A DNA stretch of 64,000 nucleotides from Candidatus Latescibacterota bacterium. GTDB lineage: Bacteria; Latescibacterota; UBA2968. Within the stretch, counting starts at the first letter, position 1, and the number at the start of each line of letters is the position of its first letter. A program made the position numbers and the translations under genes. The stretch spans positions 5,696,001 to 5,760,000 of the forward strand of contig OZ244960.1 in NCBI GenBank assembly GCA_965222605.1, given 5' to 3'. The notes beneath the pieces are model-generated. The model was not told where the DNA came from. It searched no databases and saw only the letters and a program-made list of their open reading frames with translations. Below, one piece after another: positions 19,818 through 27,951 of the stretch.

Positions 19818-20588
19818 ATGAAAAAAGACAAAGTTTATTTTATTTCTGACGCGCATATAGGTGGGGGCAAATTTATCCGCCCACCGCGCGTTCGGGAAGA
19901 CGCGTTGATCGATTTTTTACGCGCCATTCGCAAAGATGCCGAGTGTCTGTATATTGTGGGTGATCTTTTCGACTTTTGGTTTGAATATCGGTCTGTCGTT
20001 CCCGCACATGGCGCGCGTGTGATCTTTGAACTGTATCACCTCGTTCAAAGTGGAACGCGCGTCATTTATCTGCCGGGTAACCACGATAGCTGGCTGGGGG
20101 GCTATTTATTAGAGCAGGTGGGTGTAGAACTTCCCGGACCTTTTTGCGATGTCGCGCATCAGAATCGCCGCCTGTATGTGACACACGGCGATATTTTTCA
20201 GCAAAATTGGAAATTTGAACTGCGGCGACGCATTTTGAGTCATCCTCTTTGTATCGCCCTCTTCCGATGGTTACATCCAGATATCGGTGCTTATCTGGCG
20301 CGTCTTGTGTCGCGGTCTTCTGACGTCGGTGCAAAAAAAGGGGTGCGAATAAAAAAGAAAACATATTTGCCTTCATATTTTATCAAAAGCGCGGGCGAGA
20401 AAATTGCCGAGGGATTTGATTTTGTGATTTGTGGACACTATCACGCGCTGATAGTTGAAGCCCTAGATGGCGGGACACTTGTTGTATTGGGCGATTGGAT
20501 GAGATACGACGCTTATGCAGTGCTCGAACATGGCGAGATTGCATTAAAACACTGGCATACAGCACCGGAAAAACCACTAAAGAATTAA
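19818..20588 (+). CDS. lpxH: UDP-2,3-diacylglucosamine diphosphatase-like metallophosphoesterase
   Basis: ISDAHIG, GDLFDFW, GNHD, HGD, GHYH, LGDW. Confidence 0.75.
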   Translation: MKKDKVYFISDAHIGGGKFIRPPRVREDALIDFLRAIRKDAECLYIVGDLFDFWFEYRSVVPAHGARVIFELYHLVQSGTRVIYLPGNHDSWLGGYLLEQVGVELPGPFCDVAHQNRRLYVTHGDIFQQNWKFELRRRILSHPLCIALFRWLHPDIGAYLARLVSRSSDVGAKKGVRIKKKTYLPSYFIKSAGEKIAEGFDFVICGHYHALIVEALDGGTLVVLGDWMRYDAYAVLEHGEIALKHWHTAPEKPLKN

Positions 20589-20627
20589 AAATTAAGGAAC
20601 GGCATACAATTGCGATAGCAGTTCATT
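20583..20627 (+). repeat. Dispersed ~45-bp intergenic repeat, copy 1
   Basis: AATTAAAAATTAAGGAACGGCATACAATTGCGATAGCAGTTCATT. About 40 of 45 positions match 46263-46306. Confidence 0.8.
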
Positions 20628-20695
20628 GGGAGTAGGGCGGGGCGACTGCTAACCACTGACCACTGATAGCTGGCCGATGATACAGGAGATCGCGG

Positions 20696-22174
20696 ATGAT
20701 TTTGAGCATTGATCAGGGCACAACGGGGACAACCGCGTTGGTGTTGGGTTCTCAAGGGGAAATTTTGGGACGGGGATATTCGGAGTTTCGACAGATTTTT
20801 CCGCGTCCCGGCTGGGTGTCGCACAACGCAACGGAGATATGGAATACGACACTGAAAGTTATTGATACAGCAATCACAGAGGCGGGGATAGATGCCTCAG
20901 AAATAAAAGGTATTGGCATTGCCAATCAGCGCGAGACGACCGTTTTGTGGGATAGGAGAACGGGTGAACCCTTACACGACGCGATTGTCTGGCAGTGCCG
21001 ACGCACGGCGGATTTGTGCGCTCTATATCGCGCAGATGGCCTCGAAGATATGGTACGCAAAAAGACGGGGTTGGTCATCGATGCTTATTTTTCTGCGAGT
21101 AAGATTGCGTGGTTACTCGACCGCGTCTATAGTCTGCGGGCGCGTGCGGAGCAGGGTGAGGTGTGTTTTGGCACTGTAGATAGTTTTTTGTTGTACAAAC
21201 TCACGGGGGGGGCTGTTCACGCGACTGATTATACCAATGCATCGCGTACGATGATTTACAATATTCACAGAAGAAAGTGGGATGACGAGTTGTTGGAAAT
21301 TTTTGACATTCCGGCGGGCATACTCCCCGAAGTGCGATCATCGGCTGGCGACTTTGGGGCTACTGTGGATTTGGGCATCTTGCCTGCGGGCATTCCAATA
21401 GGGGGGATTGCGGGCGATCAGCAAGCCGCGCTTTTTGGGCAACGCGGCGTTCGGGTAGGTGATATTAAAAATACGTATGGCACGGGTTGTTTTACACTTT
21501 TTCAAACGGGTGATTGGGCGGTGCCGTCCGCGCATGGTTTGTTGACGACGCTTGCGTGTGGGCCTTCTGGGCGTATATCCCACGCGCTTGAAGGCGCAGT
21601 GTTCAGCGCGGGGGCGACGGTTCAATGGCTGCGCGATGGTTTGGGGATTATTGATACCGCCGCTGAGACCGAGGCCTGGTCCCAGGCTATTGACGATACG
21701 GGGGGCGTGTATCTCGTTCCCGCATTTACCGGCCTGGGTGCCCCTCATTGGGATGAGGATGCGCGTGGCGCTATTGTGGGCCTTACGCGCGGCACTGGGC
21801 GCGCCCAGATCGCTCGCGCGGCACTGGAGTCCATTGCCTATCAGTCCGCCGATCTCATCCATGCGATGATAGCCGATGCCGGGCAATCTGTGGTGAGTTT
21901 GCGCGTGGATGGGGGGGCTGTGGTGAATGATTTTTTGATGCAGTTTCAGGCGGATATTCTGGATGTGCCGGTGATTCGTCCCAGGTACGTGGAGACGACT
22001 GCATTGGGGGCGGGGATGCTGGCGGGATTGGCGACGGGCGTGTGGGATGATGCTGACGCGCTTGCCGATATTAATCCACCGCAACGCACCTTTGAGCCTG
22101 CGATGTCGCAAGATCGCCGCGAAGCATTGCTGGCGGGCTGGCACAAAGCAGTAGAGCGCACACTGTTGGCGTAA
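20696..22174 (+). CDS. glpK: Glycerol kinase
   Basis: IDQGTTGT, NQRET, WQCRRT, TDYTNASRT, GDQQAALFG, KNTYGTGCF, VDGG. Confidence 0.96.
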   Translation: MILSIDQGTTGTTALVLGSQGEILGRGYSEFRQIFPRPGWVSHNATEIWNTTLKVIDTAITEAGIDASEIKGIGIANQRETTVLWDRRTGEPLHDAIVWQCRRTADLCALYRADGLEDMVRKKTGLVIDAYFSASKIAWLLDRVYSLRARAEQGEVCFGTVDSFLLYKLTGGAVHATDYTNASRTMIYNIHRRKWDDELLEIFDIPAGILPEVRSSAGDFGATVDLGILPAGIPIGGIAGDQQAALFGQRGVRVGDIKNTYGTGCFTLFQTGDWAVPSAHGLLTTLACGPSGRISHALEGAVFSAGATVQWLRDGLGIIDTAAETEAWSQAIDDTGGVYLVPAFTGLGAPHWDEDARGAIVGLTRGTGRAQIARAALESIAYQSADLIHAMIADAGQSVVSLRVDGGAVVNDFLMQFQADILDVPVIRPRYVETTALGAGMLAGLATGVWDDADALADINPPQRTFEPAMSQDRREALLAGWHKAVERTLLA

Positions 22175-22181
22175 CCTGTAC

Positions 22182-23348
22182 TCACTGTATTTGTTCCAAA
22201 TAGGCAAGATGGGTTTGGGCAGCTTTGTTTTGAGGATCAATGGCGAGCATATCGCGGTAGTGTTGACGAGCTACCGCGATATCGTTTTTTTGTTCGGCAA
22301 TGATAGCCAATCCGTGTAGGATGCGGGTATTTTTCGGACGCTGTTCTCGAATGTGCAGCAGCAGTATTTCAACATCATCAATATAGTCGGGGTGATGCAG
22401 CGGTTCGTTATTTTCTTGAGACAATCCCACGAGATGTAACAACGGATTCACACTGCCTGCAACGCCACTACCTCGGCGCGGTTTGAGATCAATTTTATCC
22501 CCAATTTCGGGAAGACCGAGAACAATGGCTTCGATCAGGGATTCAGTCGCTTCATCTAACCGATCCAGTTCAATTAAAACATTGCCTCGGTTATAATGGA
22601 CAGCGAGATTATCGGGCACCAGTTCAGATAAGATATCGTAAATCCTCAGTTCCTGTTCAGAATTTTTTGTCTCGGCCAAATGTTCAGCCCGATCGTAGAG
22701 TTGCTCAATTTTAGTATGATTTTTATCCGCGATCTCTTGCGCCTGCTTCTCAAATTCTGGATGCACCAGCAAGACGAGTTGGTTCTTTTGATCTCGTGAA
22801 AACAAGGGCGTTTTGACTGTGTGCGATATGTCGCCCAATTCCGAAATAATTTTGTTCAAAAACGCAGGTGATCGCGATTGAAAAATGGGTTTCCAGGTAT
22901 TGAGATCATGCGATACATCAACCGCCCACAATTCGAGAGATAAAAAACGCCTGAGCGTTGACTTCAACTGTTCTGTGGTAGCGAAAAAAAACGACGTTAA
23001 GTAACCATCTTCTACATAGTGGTGAACGAGCCATTGACTGAATTCACGCTGAATAACCCATATATCCTCCAGGCAATTGGTGATTGTGAGAATCGACCAG
23101 AGCGGAATATCGGAATGTACTTTTGCAAGCACCTGATCAATGGTACACGACTCACCTGCCTCATCATTCTGAGCCAGGTGGATATCGTCGAGAAAGGTTT
23201 CTATGGATAATGCGCGTTTTTCTCGTTCGCTTTCTGCGATAACGAGAAAAGTCTCCTGGAAATTTTTTCGGTCAATCGTCAGTGTACGCACAAGTTCCCG
23301 ATCGCTCATCGCAGCGCACTGTTGTATAACTCGATCATTCAAGTTCAT
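22182..23348 (-). CDS. TPR-repeat protein
   Basis: C-terminal TPRs (VHYNRGNVLIEL..., HGLAIIAEQK...IDPQN). The N-terminal part is unassigned. Confidence 0.65.
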   Translation of the reverse strand: MNLNDRVIQQCAAMSDRELVRTLTIDRKNFQETFLVIAESEREKRALSIETFLDDIHLAQNDEAGESCTIDQVLAKVHSDIPLWSILTITNCLEDIWVIQREFSQWLVHHYVEDGYLTSFFFATTEQLKSTLRRFLSLELWAVDVSHDLNTWKPIFQSRSPAFLNKIISELGDISHTVKTPLFSRDQKNQLVLLVHPEFEKQAQEIADKNHTKIEQLYDRAEHLAETKNSEQELRIYDILSELVPDNLAVHYNRGNVLIELDRLDEATESLIEAIVLGLPEIGDKIDLKPRRGSGVAGSVNPLLHLVGLSQENNEPLHHPDYIDDVEILLLHIREQRPKNTRILHGLAIIAEQKNDIAVARQHYRDMLAIDPQNKAAQTHLAYLEQIQ

Positions 23349-23352
23349 AAAC

Positions 23353-23571
23353 TCAACGGTGATATTCGCGTAAAGACAAACGCTTTCGCGGTCGTTGGAA
23401 GCCTGTGGGTTTTTCAGACACACTAACGTCATTGCGCATCTTGCGACCAATCTTGCGAATCAGATGAACACCCCACCAGATTAGCGCCCCGATCACAGCC
23501 ATTACCATCCCAATGCTGCGACCACTGGCACTTTCGAGACTCTTAAGCAAACTGTTAATCAGATCTTCCAC
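23353..23571 (-). CDS. Small single-TM hypothetical protein
   Basis: 72 aa with one hydrophobic segment, tightly packed between purC and the TPR gene. Confidence 0.45.
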   Translation of the reverse strand: MEDLINSLLKSLESASGRSIGMVMAVIGALIWWGVHLIRKIGRKMRNDVSVSEKPTGFQRPRKRLSLREYHR

Positions 23572-23586
23572 TGTTGACCGCTTCTT

Positions 23587-24552
23587 TTAAAAATAAGGCT
23601 CGATATTTTTTTCGATGCGCTCGAGTATGGGCATATCATCTACTTCGTTTTCAAATTTTTCGCCTGTTACGCGCTCGAACAAGTCGATGTATCGCGCGGA
23701 AACTTGTGTGCGAATTTCATCATCCAGTTCGGGAATATTGTCGTCGGAAATTCCCTTATCCACGAGCCAGAGGCGCAAAAATTCTTTGTCCAGACTTTCG
23801 GGTTCTTCGCCGCGCGCATGGCGGTCTTCATAAGTATCGAGGATCCAGTAGCGCGATGAATCGGGCGTGTGAATCTCATCGCCAACGGTCAGATTGCCCT
23901 CTGGATCCAGACCCATCTCGTATTTTGTATCTACCAGAATCAAACCGCGCTGTGCAGCCAGTTCTGTTCCGCGCGCGAATAATTTCAGTGCCACTTTCTC
24001 GACTTCTGCCCACCTGTCTGCATCCACCAGGCCGCGTTCGACAATTTGCTGTGGCGAGATCGATTCGTCGTGATCTTCTGCTTTTGTGGTTGGCGTAATA
24101 ATTGCTTCCTCAAATTTCTGATTTTTTATCATACCATCGGGCAAGTCAACGCCGCAAAATTTCCTCACACCTTTGTTGTAATTTGTCCACACCGAGGTGT
24201 CTGTGCTGCCGGTCAGGTACCGTCGCACGACGATTTCGACGGGTAACATATCGAGTTCGCGTGCAACCGTCACATTGGGGTCTGGTACGTCAAGCACCTG
24301 ATTGGGCACGATATCTGCGGTCTGATCAAACCAGTATTTTGCCGTTTTGTTCAATACTTGTCCCTTCAGAGGAATCGCACCGAGCACATGATCAAACGCG
24401 CTTTGACGGTCTGTGGTAATCAAAATGCGCTTGTCACCAAGCAGATAGATGTCCCGCACTTTCCCTTTTTGGTATTTATTCACCCAGCGGTCAAATTTGG
24501 CTTCCAACAAACAGTTATCCAATTGTGAACGGATTTGTTCTTGAGAGATCAT
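23587..24552 (-). CDS. purC: SAICAR synthase
   Basis: KGKVRDIY, TDRQSAFD, TPTTK, LVDTKYEMG, DEIHTPDSSRYW, DKEFLR. RBS AAGGAG lies before MISQEQ. Confidence 0.95.
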   Translation of the reverse strand: MISQEQIRSQLDNCLLEAKFDRWVNKYQKGKVRDIYLLGDKRILITTDRQSAFDHVLGAIPLKGQVLNKTAKYWFDQTADIVPNQVLDVPDPNVTVARELDMLPVEIVVRRYLTGSTDTSVWTNYNKGVRKFCGVDLPDGMIKNQKFEEAIITPTTKAEDHDESISPQQIVERGLVDADRWAEVEKVALKLFARGTELAAQRGLILVDTKYEMGLDPEGNLTVGDEIHTPDSSRYWILDTYEDRHARGEEPESLDKEFLRLWLVDKGISDDNIPELDDEIRTQVSARYIDLFERVTGEKFENEVDDMPILERIEKNIEPYF

Positions 24553-24592
24553 GGATTGTACACTCCTTGGAAAAAATTTAAAGAAAGACAGT

Positions 24593-24621
24593 GTAAGGAC
24601 AGGTTTCAAACCTGTCCTTAC
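24593..24621. repeat. REP-like palindrome
   Basis: GTAAGGACAGGTTT-C-AAACCTGTCCTTAC, a perfect 14-bp inverted repeat. Homologous to 27132-27160. Confidence 0.85.
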
Positions 24622-24643
24622 GCGACCATACCTACGCTCAGGG

Positions 24644-26056
24644 TTAATTATGACGATGGTGGTAGCCCGTTTCATCTTCCAGCCAGTCAATAGCCGTTTG
24701 TTCGTCTTGATCGATAGCCATTTCCACCGCTCGCTTGGCACATTCTAATAGATGTTTAGATTGCTTTCGCAGGTTGAAAGACTCGATTACTTTTTGCTGA
24801 ATTTGAGTTTGTTTTTCCTCTACGATTATTGGCAATATAACCTTGCCAAATTCATCTTTATTGATTGCTGTAAGAATTGTACCGCTGCATCCTTTTTTGA
24901 GTTGTAATTGCCCAACGATACTTTTCAATAGTACAAGCAAAGTTTCTGAATTGAATGTCTGTGAGTTGACTGCATGGAATCCAGTAGAGCAAAGAGCTTG
25001 ATCGTATTCCTCATTTATCAGGGCGATGCTGTCCAATGAACCCTCTATAGATGAAACAATGACATCTCCCATTGCTACCTTACGCCTTGCTCTACTTGGC
25101 AAATCTTGACCTTGCGCTATCATGCTGTCGGTGATTTCACCATTGCCTGCGATATTTGCCAGTTCGATATATTTGTAATCTTGTTTGTCTTCAGGATGAT
25201 AATTCTGCGCTTTCAGGTTTAACAAATTCCGCAGTCTATCCCATCCGCCCGCATAACTCTTAATCGCGTGGACTATTTCTTCGTATTGCGGCTGAAAATA
25301 ATCAGCGTCAATGCGTTCTGCCCGTTGGGTGTTAGAGTAGTTTTTGACAAAGGTTAAACGGGGTTTGGGTTGCCATTTGGCAAGTCCGAGTTCGGAGAGG
25401 AGGATGGTTTGGGCTTGAACATATTCATCATCGGATTGCGATTTTATTGTTTGGCTATCTGAAACAACATCCTCTATTTTTTTTTGAAAATTTGTCCCCA
25501 TTAACGGCACTGGTAACTTAGCTAAATTAACCAGACTAATGTATGGATTCATCTGTTCAGTCTTTAAGCTATCAGCTAAACCCTGACCGAAAGAACAGTT
25601 AAAATATACAGCCAAAAAACCCGATAATAGATTTGCTTTCGGACGAATCAGAGCTACATCTTGATTCAGAGCCATCTTCTTAGTTTTTGATAGGAAAGGA
25701 TAAGCCTTACAAATTCTTCTTTTTATTGTACAAACTACCGATCCTTGACTGATGATTTTATTTTTATACTCTGACTTATACTGCTCATTGGTTATGCGTT
25801 TTGTTTTCTCATCAAAAAACTCCAGGTCGCCTATACATTCGACAGTTATAAAAGGAATTTCACCGCTACTCACATCATGCTTGTAAGGAGTATGTCCCGA
25901 TCCTATAAAATCGACTTCTTTTCCCAAAGTTGAAAACCGTAACCGCTTTTCTCGTTTAAGAAATTTTTGGCGAAATGGGTGAGAGTAAAAATCAGCATCA
26001 AGCCTCATATCTGATTGTTGCAATACATTAGAGTATTCGAGCACAGAATAGCGCAT
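24644..26056 (-). CDS. hsdS: Restriction-modification specificity subunit (HsdS-like, two TRDs)
   Basis: Duplicated RLDADFY/RIDADYFQP motif, LPSRARRKV, CSTGF, and coiled-coil spacers. Lies downstream of an N6 MTase. Confidence 0.85.
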   Translation of the reverse strand: MRYSVLEYSNVLQQSDMRLDADFYSHPFRQKFLKREKRLRFSTLGKEVDFIGSGHTPYKHDVSSGEIPFITVECIGDLEFFDEKTKRITNEQYKSEYKNKIISQGSVVCTIKRRICKAYPFLSKTKKMALNQDVALIRPKANLLSGFLAVYFNCSFGQGLADSLKTEQMNPYISLVNLAKLPVPLMGTNFQKKIEDVVSDSQTIKSQSDDEYVQAQTILLSELGLAKWQPKPRLTFVKNYSNTQRAERIDADYFQPQYEEIVHAIKSYAGGWDRLRNLLNLKAQNYHPEDKQDYKYIELANIAGNGEITDSMIAQGQDLPSRARRKVAMGDVIVSSIEGSLDSIALINEEYDQALCSTGFHAVNSQTFNSETLLVLLKSIVGQLQLKKGCSGTILTAINKDEFGKVILPIIVEEKQTQIQQKVIESFNLRKQSKHLLECAKRAVEMAIDQDEQTAIDWLEDETGYHHRHN

Positions 26057-26119
26057 TTTTGATTTCCTTGCAAAAACGACAGTGTTTAGATTTTTATTAT
26101 TTTGAGATAGAATACTCCA

Positions 26120-26875
26120 TTATTCAGTTCTCTGATCCCTTTTTTCAATGCTTTCTTTATCTTTTTGAGGGAGGCGATTGAACATCGCTTCAATTTGCTT
26201 AGGTTGAGTAATCAAGGTATCGGCAATTACATTTATCAAGTCAAAAAGTGCCTGAACATCGGTAGTGTCGTCGAAGTCAATTTTACCAGGATGAACCGCA
26301 TGATTGCCAGTTACTCTCACAATATCTAATGCTTGCTGTATTTTTGGATCAAGTTCCTTTACCACCAGATTTTTTATGTCGTTATTAATATTATCTCCCG
26401 TTTCTCCAAGTTGTTTGAGAAGCATTTGTATAGCTAATCGCAACAAAGCACAGGCCGCACGAGGAGACCGATTAGCAATATCAGCGGCCTCATTGTAAAT
26501 TTTTTTTATGCCGTCATCTAAATCGTCATTTGCTGACGGAGATGTGCGCGTGGCAGGGTACATAATTTTTGCAACCCACTTTGGCCGCGTATCAATCCCG
26601 GCCGCGTGTGCGACAGCCGATATCTCCGGAGGCGGAATCTTTAGGGCAACCAACCAAAATGTTGGTTTCTTACAATGCGAACATAAAGAGATTTTCACTT
26701 CATTATCGCCAATTTCAAGAGGTATCAATGTATCAGCACTATACTTGTCAGTGGCTTCTTTAGCTTGTTGAAGGCAATCTTCCCAAGTTTGCTTTGCATA
26801 GGCGCTGCAATAGGGGCAGTTAAATGCCTTACTTCCATATTTAGGGGGATAATATTTAGATATGATTTTAGGCAT
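26120..26875 (-). CDS. DUF4145 (HEPN-like) protein with an N-terminal Zn ribbon
   Basis: CPYC...CSHC, then YNEA...SPRAACALLRLAIQ and RVTGNHAVH (RxxxNxxxH). Confidence 0.8.
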   Translation of the reverse strand: MPKIISKYYPPKYGSKAFNCPYCSAYAKQTWEDCLQQAKEATDKYSADTLIPLEIGDNEVKISLCSHCKKPTFWLVALKIPPPEISAVAHAAGIDTRPKWVAKIMYPATRTSPSANDDLDDGIKKIYNEAADIANRSPRAACALLRLAIQMLLKQLGETGDNINNDIKNLVVKELDPKIQQALDIVRVTGNHAVHPGKIDFDDTTDVQALFDLINVIADTLITQPKQIEAMFNRLPQKDKESIEKRDQRTE

Positions 26876-26917
26876 TATCATCTCCAAAACTCAAATTTTT
26901 TGATTTTGCCCATTTAG

Positions 26918-27445
26918 CTAAAGATTGTCTGGGTTGTCCGCATCTAATGCCCATTTTAAGGGATTGTTTCGGATGTACACCCGGATGTTGTCCAAAGATT
27001 CTTCGTCCCGGATGATGTGGTCGTAAAATGAACGTTGCCAGCGAAACAATTCGGATCGCGATGTTTCATTGATACGACGGGATGAGAAGGTTTTGAAGCC
27101 GCGTATAAATTCGGATATACCATGGCGTCTGGTAGAGACAGGTTTCAAACCTGTCTCTACACCATCATCATTTGTCCCTACCTTATTATTTTTTATGAAC
27201 AAAATACCGTGTATATGGTTTGGCATAATTACCCATTCATCCAATGAAAGATTGAAGTAATGGTTAGGCAAATCTAACCAGCATTGGCGAACAATTTTCC
27301 CATATCTGTTTAATTTCATCTGTCCACTGTTTATATCTCCAAAATAACGCATTCTATTTTGCGTACAAATCGTGACAAAATAATATCCCGCCTGTGAATA
27401 ATCGTAATTCTGTAATCGGTTCGGTTTTCTATTTCGGTTATTCAT
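26918..27445 (-). CDS. REP-associated tyrosine transposase (RAYT, IS200-like HUH)
   Basis: RLQNYDYSQAGYYFVTICT, HUH motif MPNHIHGI, WQRSFYDHIIR, YIRNNPLKW. Confidence 0.9.
   Translation of the reverse strand: MNNRNRKPNRLQNYDYSQAGYYFVTICTQNRMRYFGDINSGQMKLNRYGKIVRQCWLDLPNHYFNLSLDEWVIMPNHIHGILFIKNNKVGTNDDGVETGLKPVSTRRHGISEFIRGFKTFSSRRINETSRSELFRWQRSFYDHIIRDEESLDNIRVYIRNNPLKWALDADNPDNL
27132..27160. repeat. REP-like palindrome inside the RAYT coding sequence
   Basis: GTAGAGACAGGTTT-C-AAACCTGTCTCTAC, read in frame as VETGLKPVST. Confidence 0.85.
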
Positions 27446-27546
27446 TATCGTCCTACAAACTCAATCCTTCATCTTTTGTCCAACTGCAAAAGTAGCGGCT
27501 CCGTCGCATCTTCGCTCGGCAATGCTATCCGACAGCCATTGCTATA

Positions 27547-27951
27547 TCACAGTATTGTCACGCGAACCGTTGCAAATTCTTTGATCTTGCTAAAGTCTCT
27601 CTTGTTGTAGGTCATCAGTTCCGTACAGTGTGATTCCGCAATCGCCGTATGAATACAATCATTGATGTTTCTGAACCCGACACGATTAGCCATATCAAAC
27701 GCCCTTCGCAGAGTTTCTATGTCATAAGCGAGAGGCTCCAATTGCATGACTTCATTGTAAATGCTGTGGATAACCTCATCTTCAATGCCCAACTTTGCAA
27801 GAACAAATAACAATTCCTGAACAGTAAGGGTTGAAATGACCGCAATGTCATTGTCATTCGCTTGCCTGATGAGTTGATTGGCTTGTTGATTTTTCTCAAC
27901 ATCCTGAACGACATAGGCATTGACCAAGACATCTGTGTCGATGTAGATCAC
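27547..27951 (-). CDS. vapC: VapC-family PIN toxin
   Basis: IYIDTDVLV, STLTVQEL, INDCIH, MTYNKRDF. Confidence 0.85.
   Translation of the reverse strand: MIYIDTDVLVNAYVVQDVEKNQQANQLIRQANDNDIAVISTLTVQELLFVLAKLGIEDEVIHSIYNEVMQLEPLAYDIETLRRAFDMANRVGFRNINDCIHTAIAESHCTELMTYNKRDFSKIKEFATVRVTIL

Noticed and set aside
21338-22240. Long antisense ORFs (e.g. 21338-22240, 33029-33877, 37394-38365, 39093-40049)
   Set aside because: They are shadows of well-supported genes on the opposite strand and have no motifs of their own.
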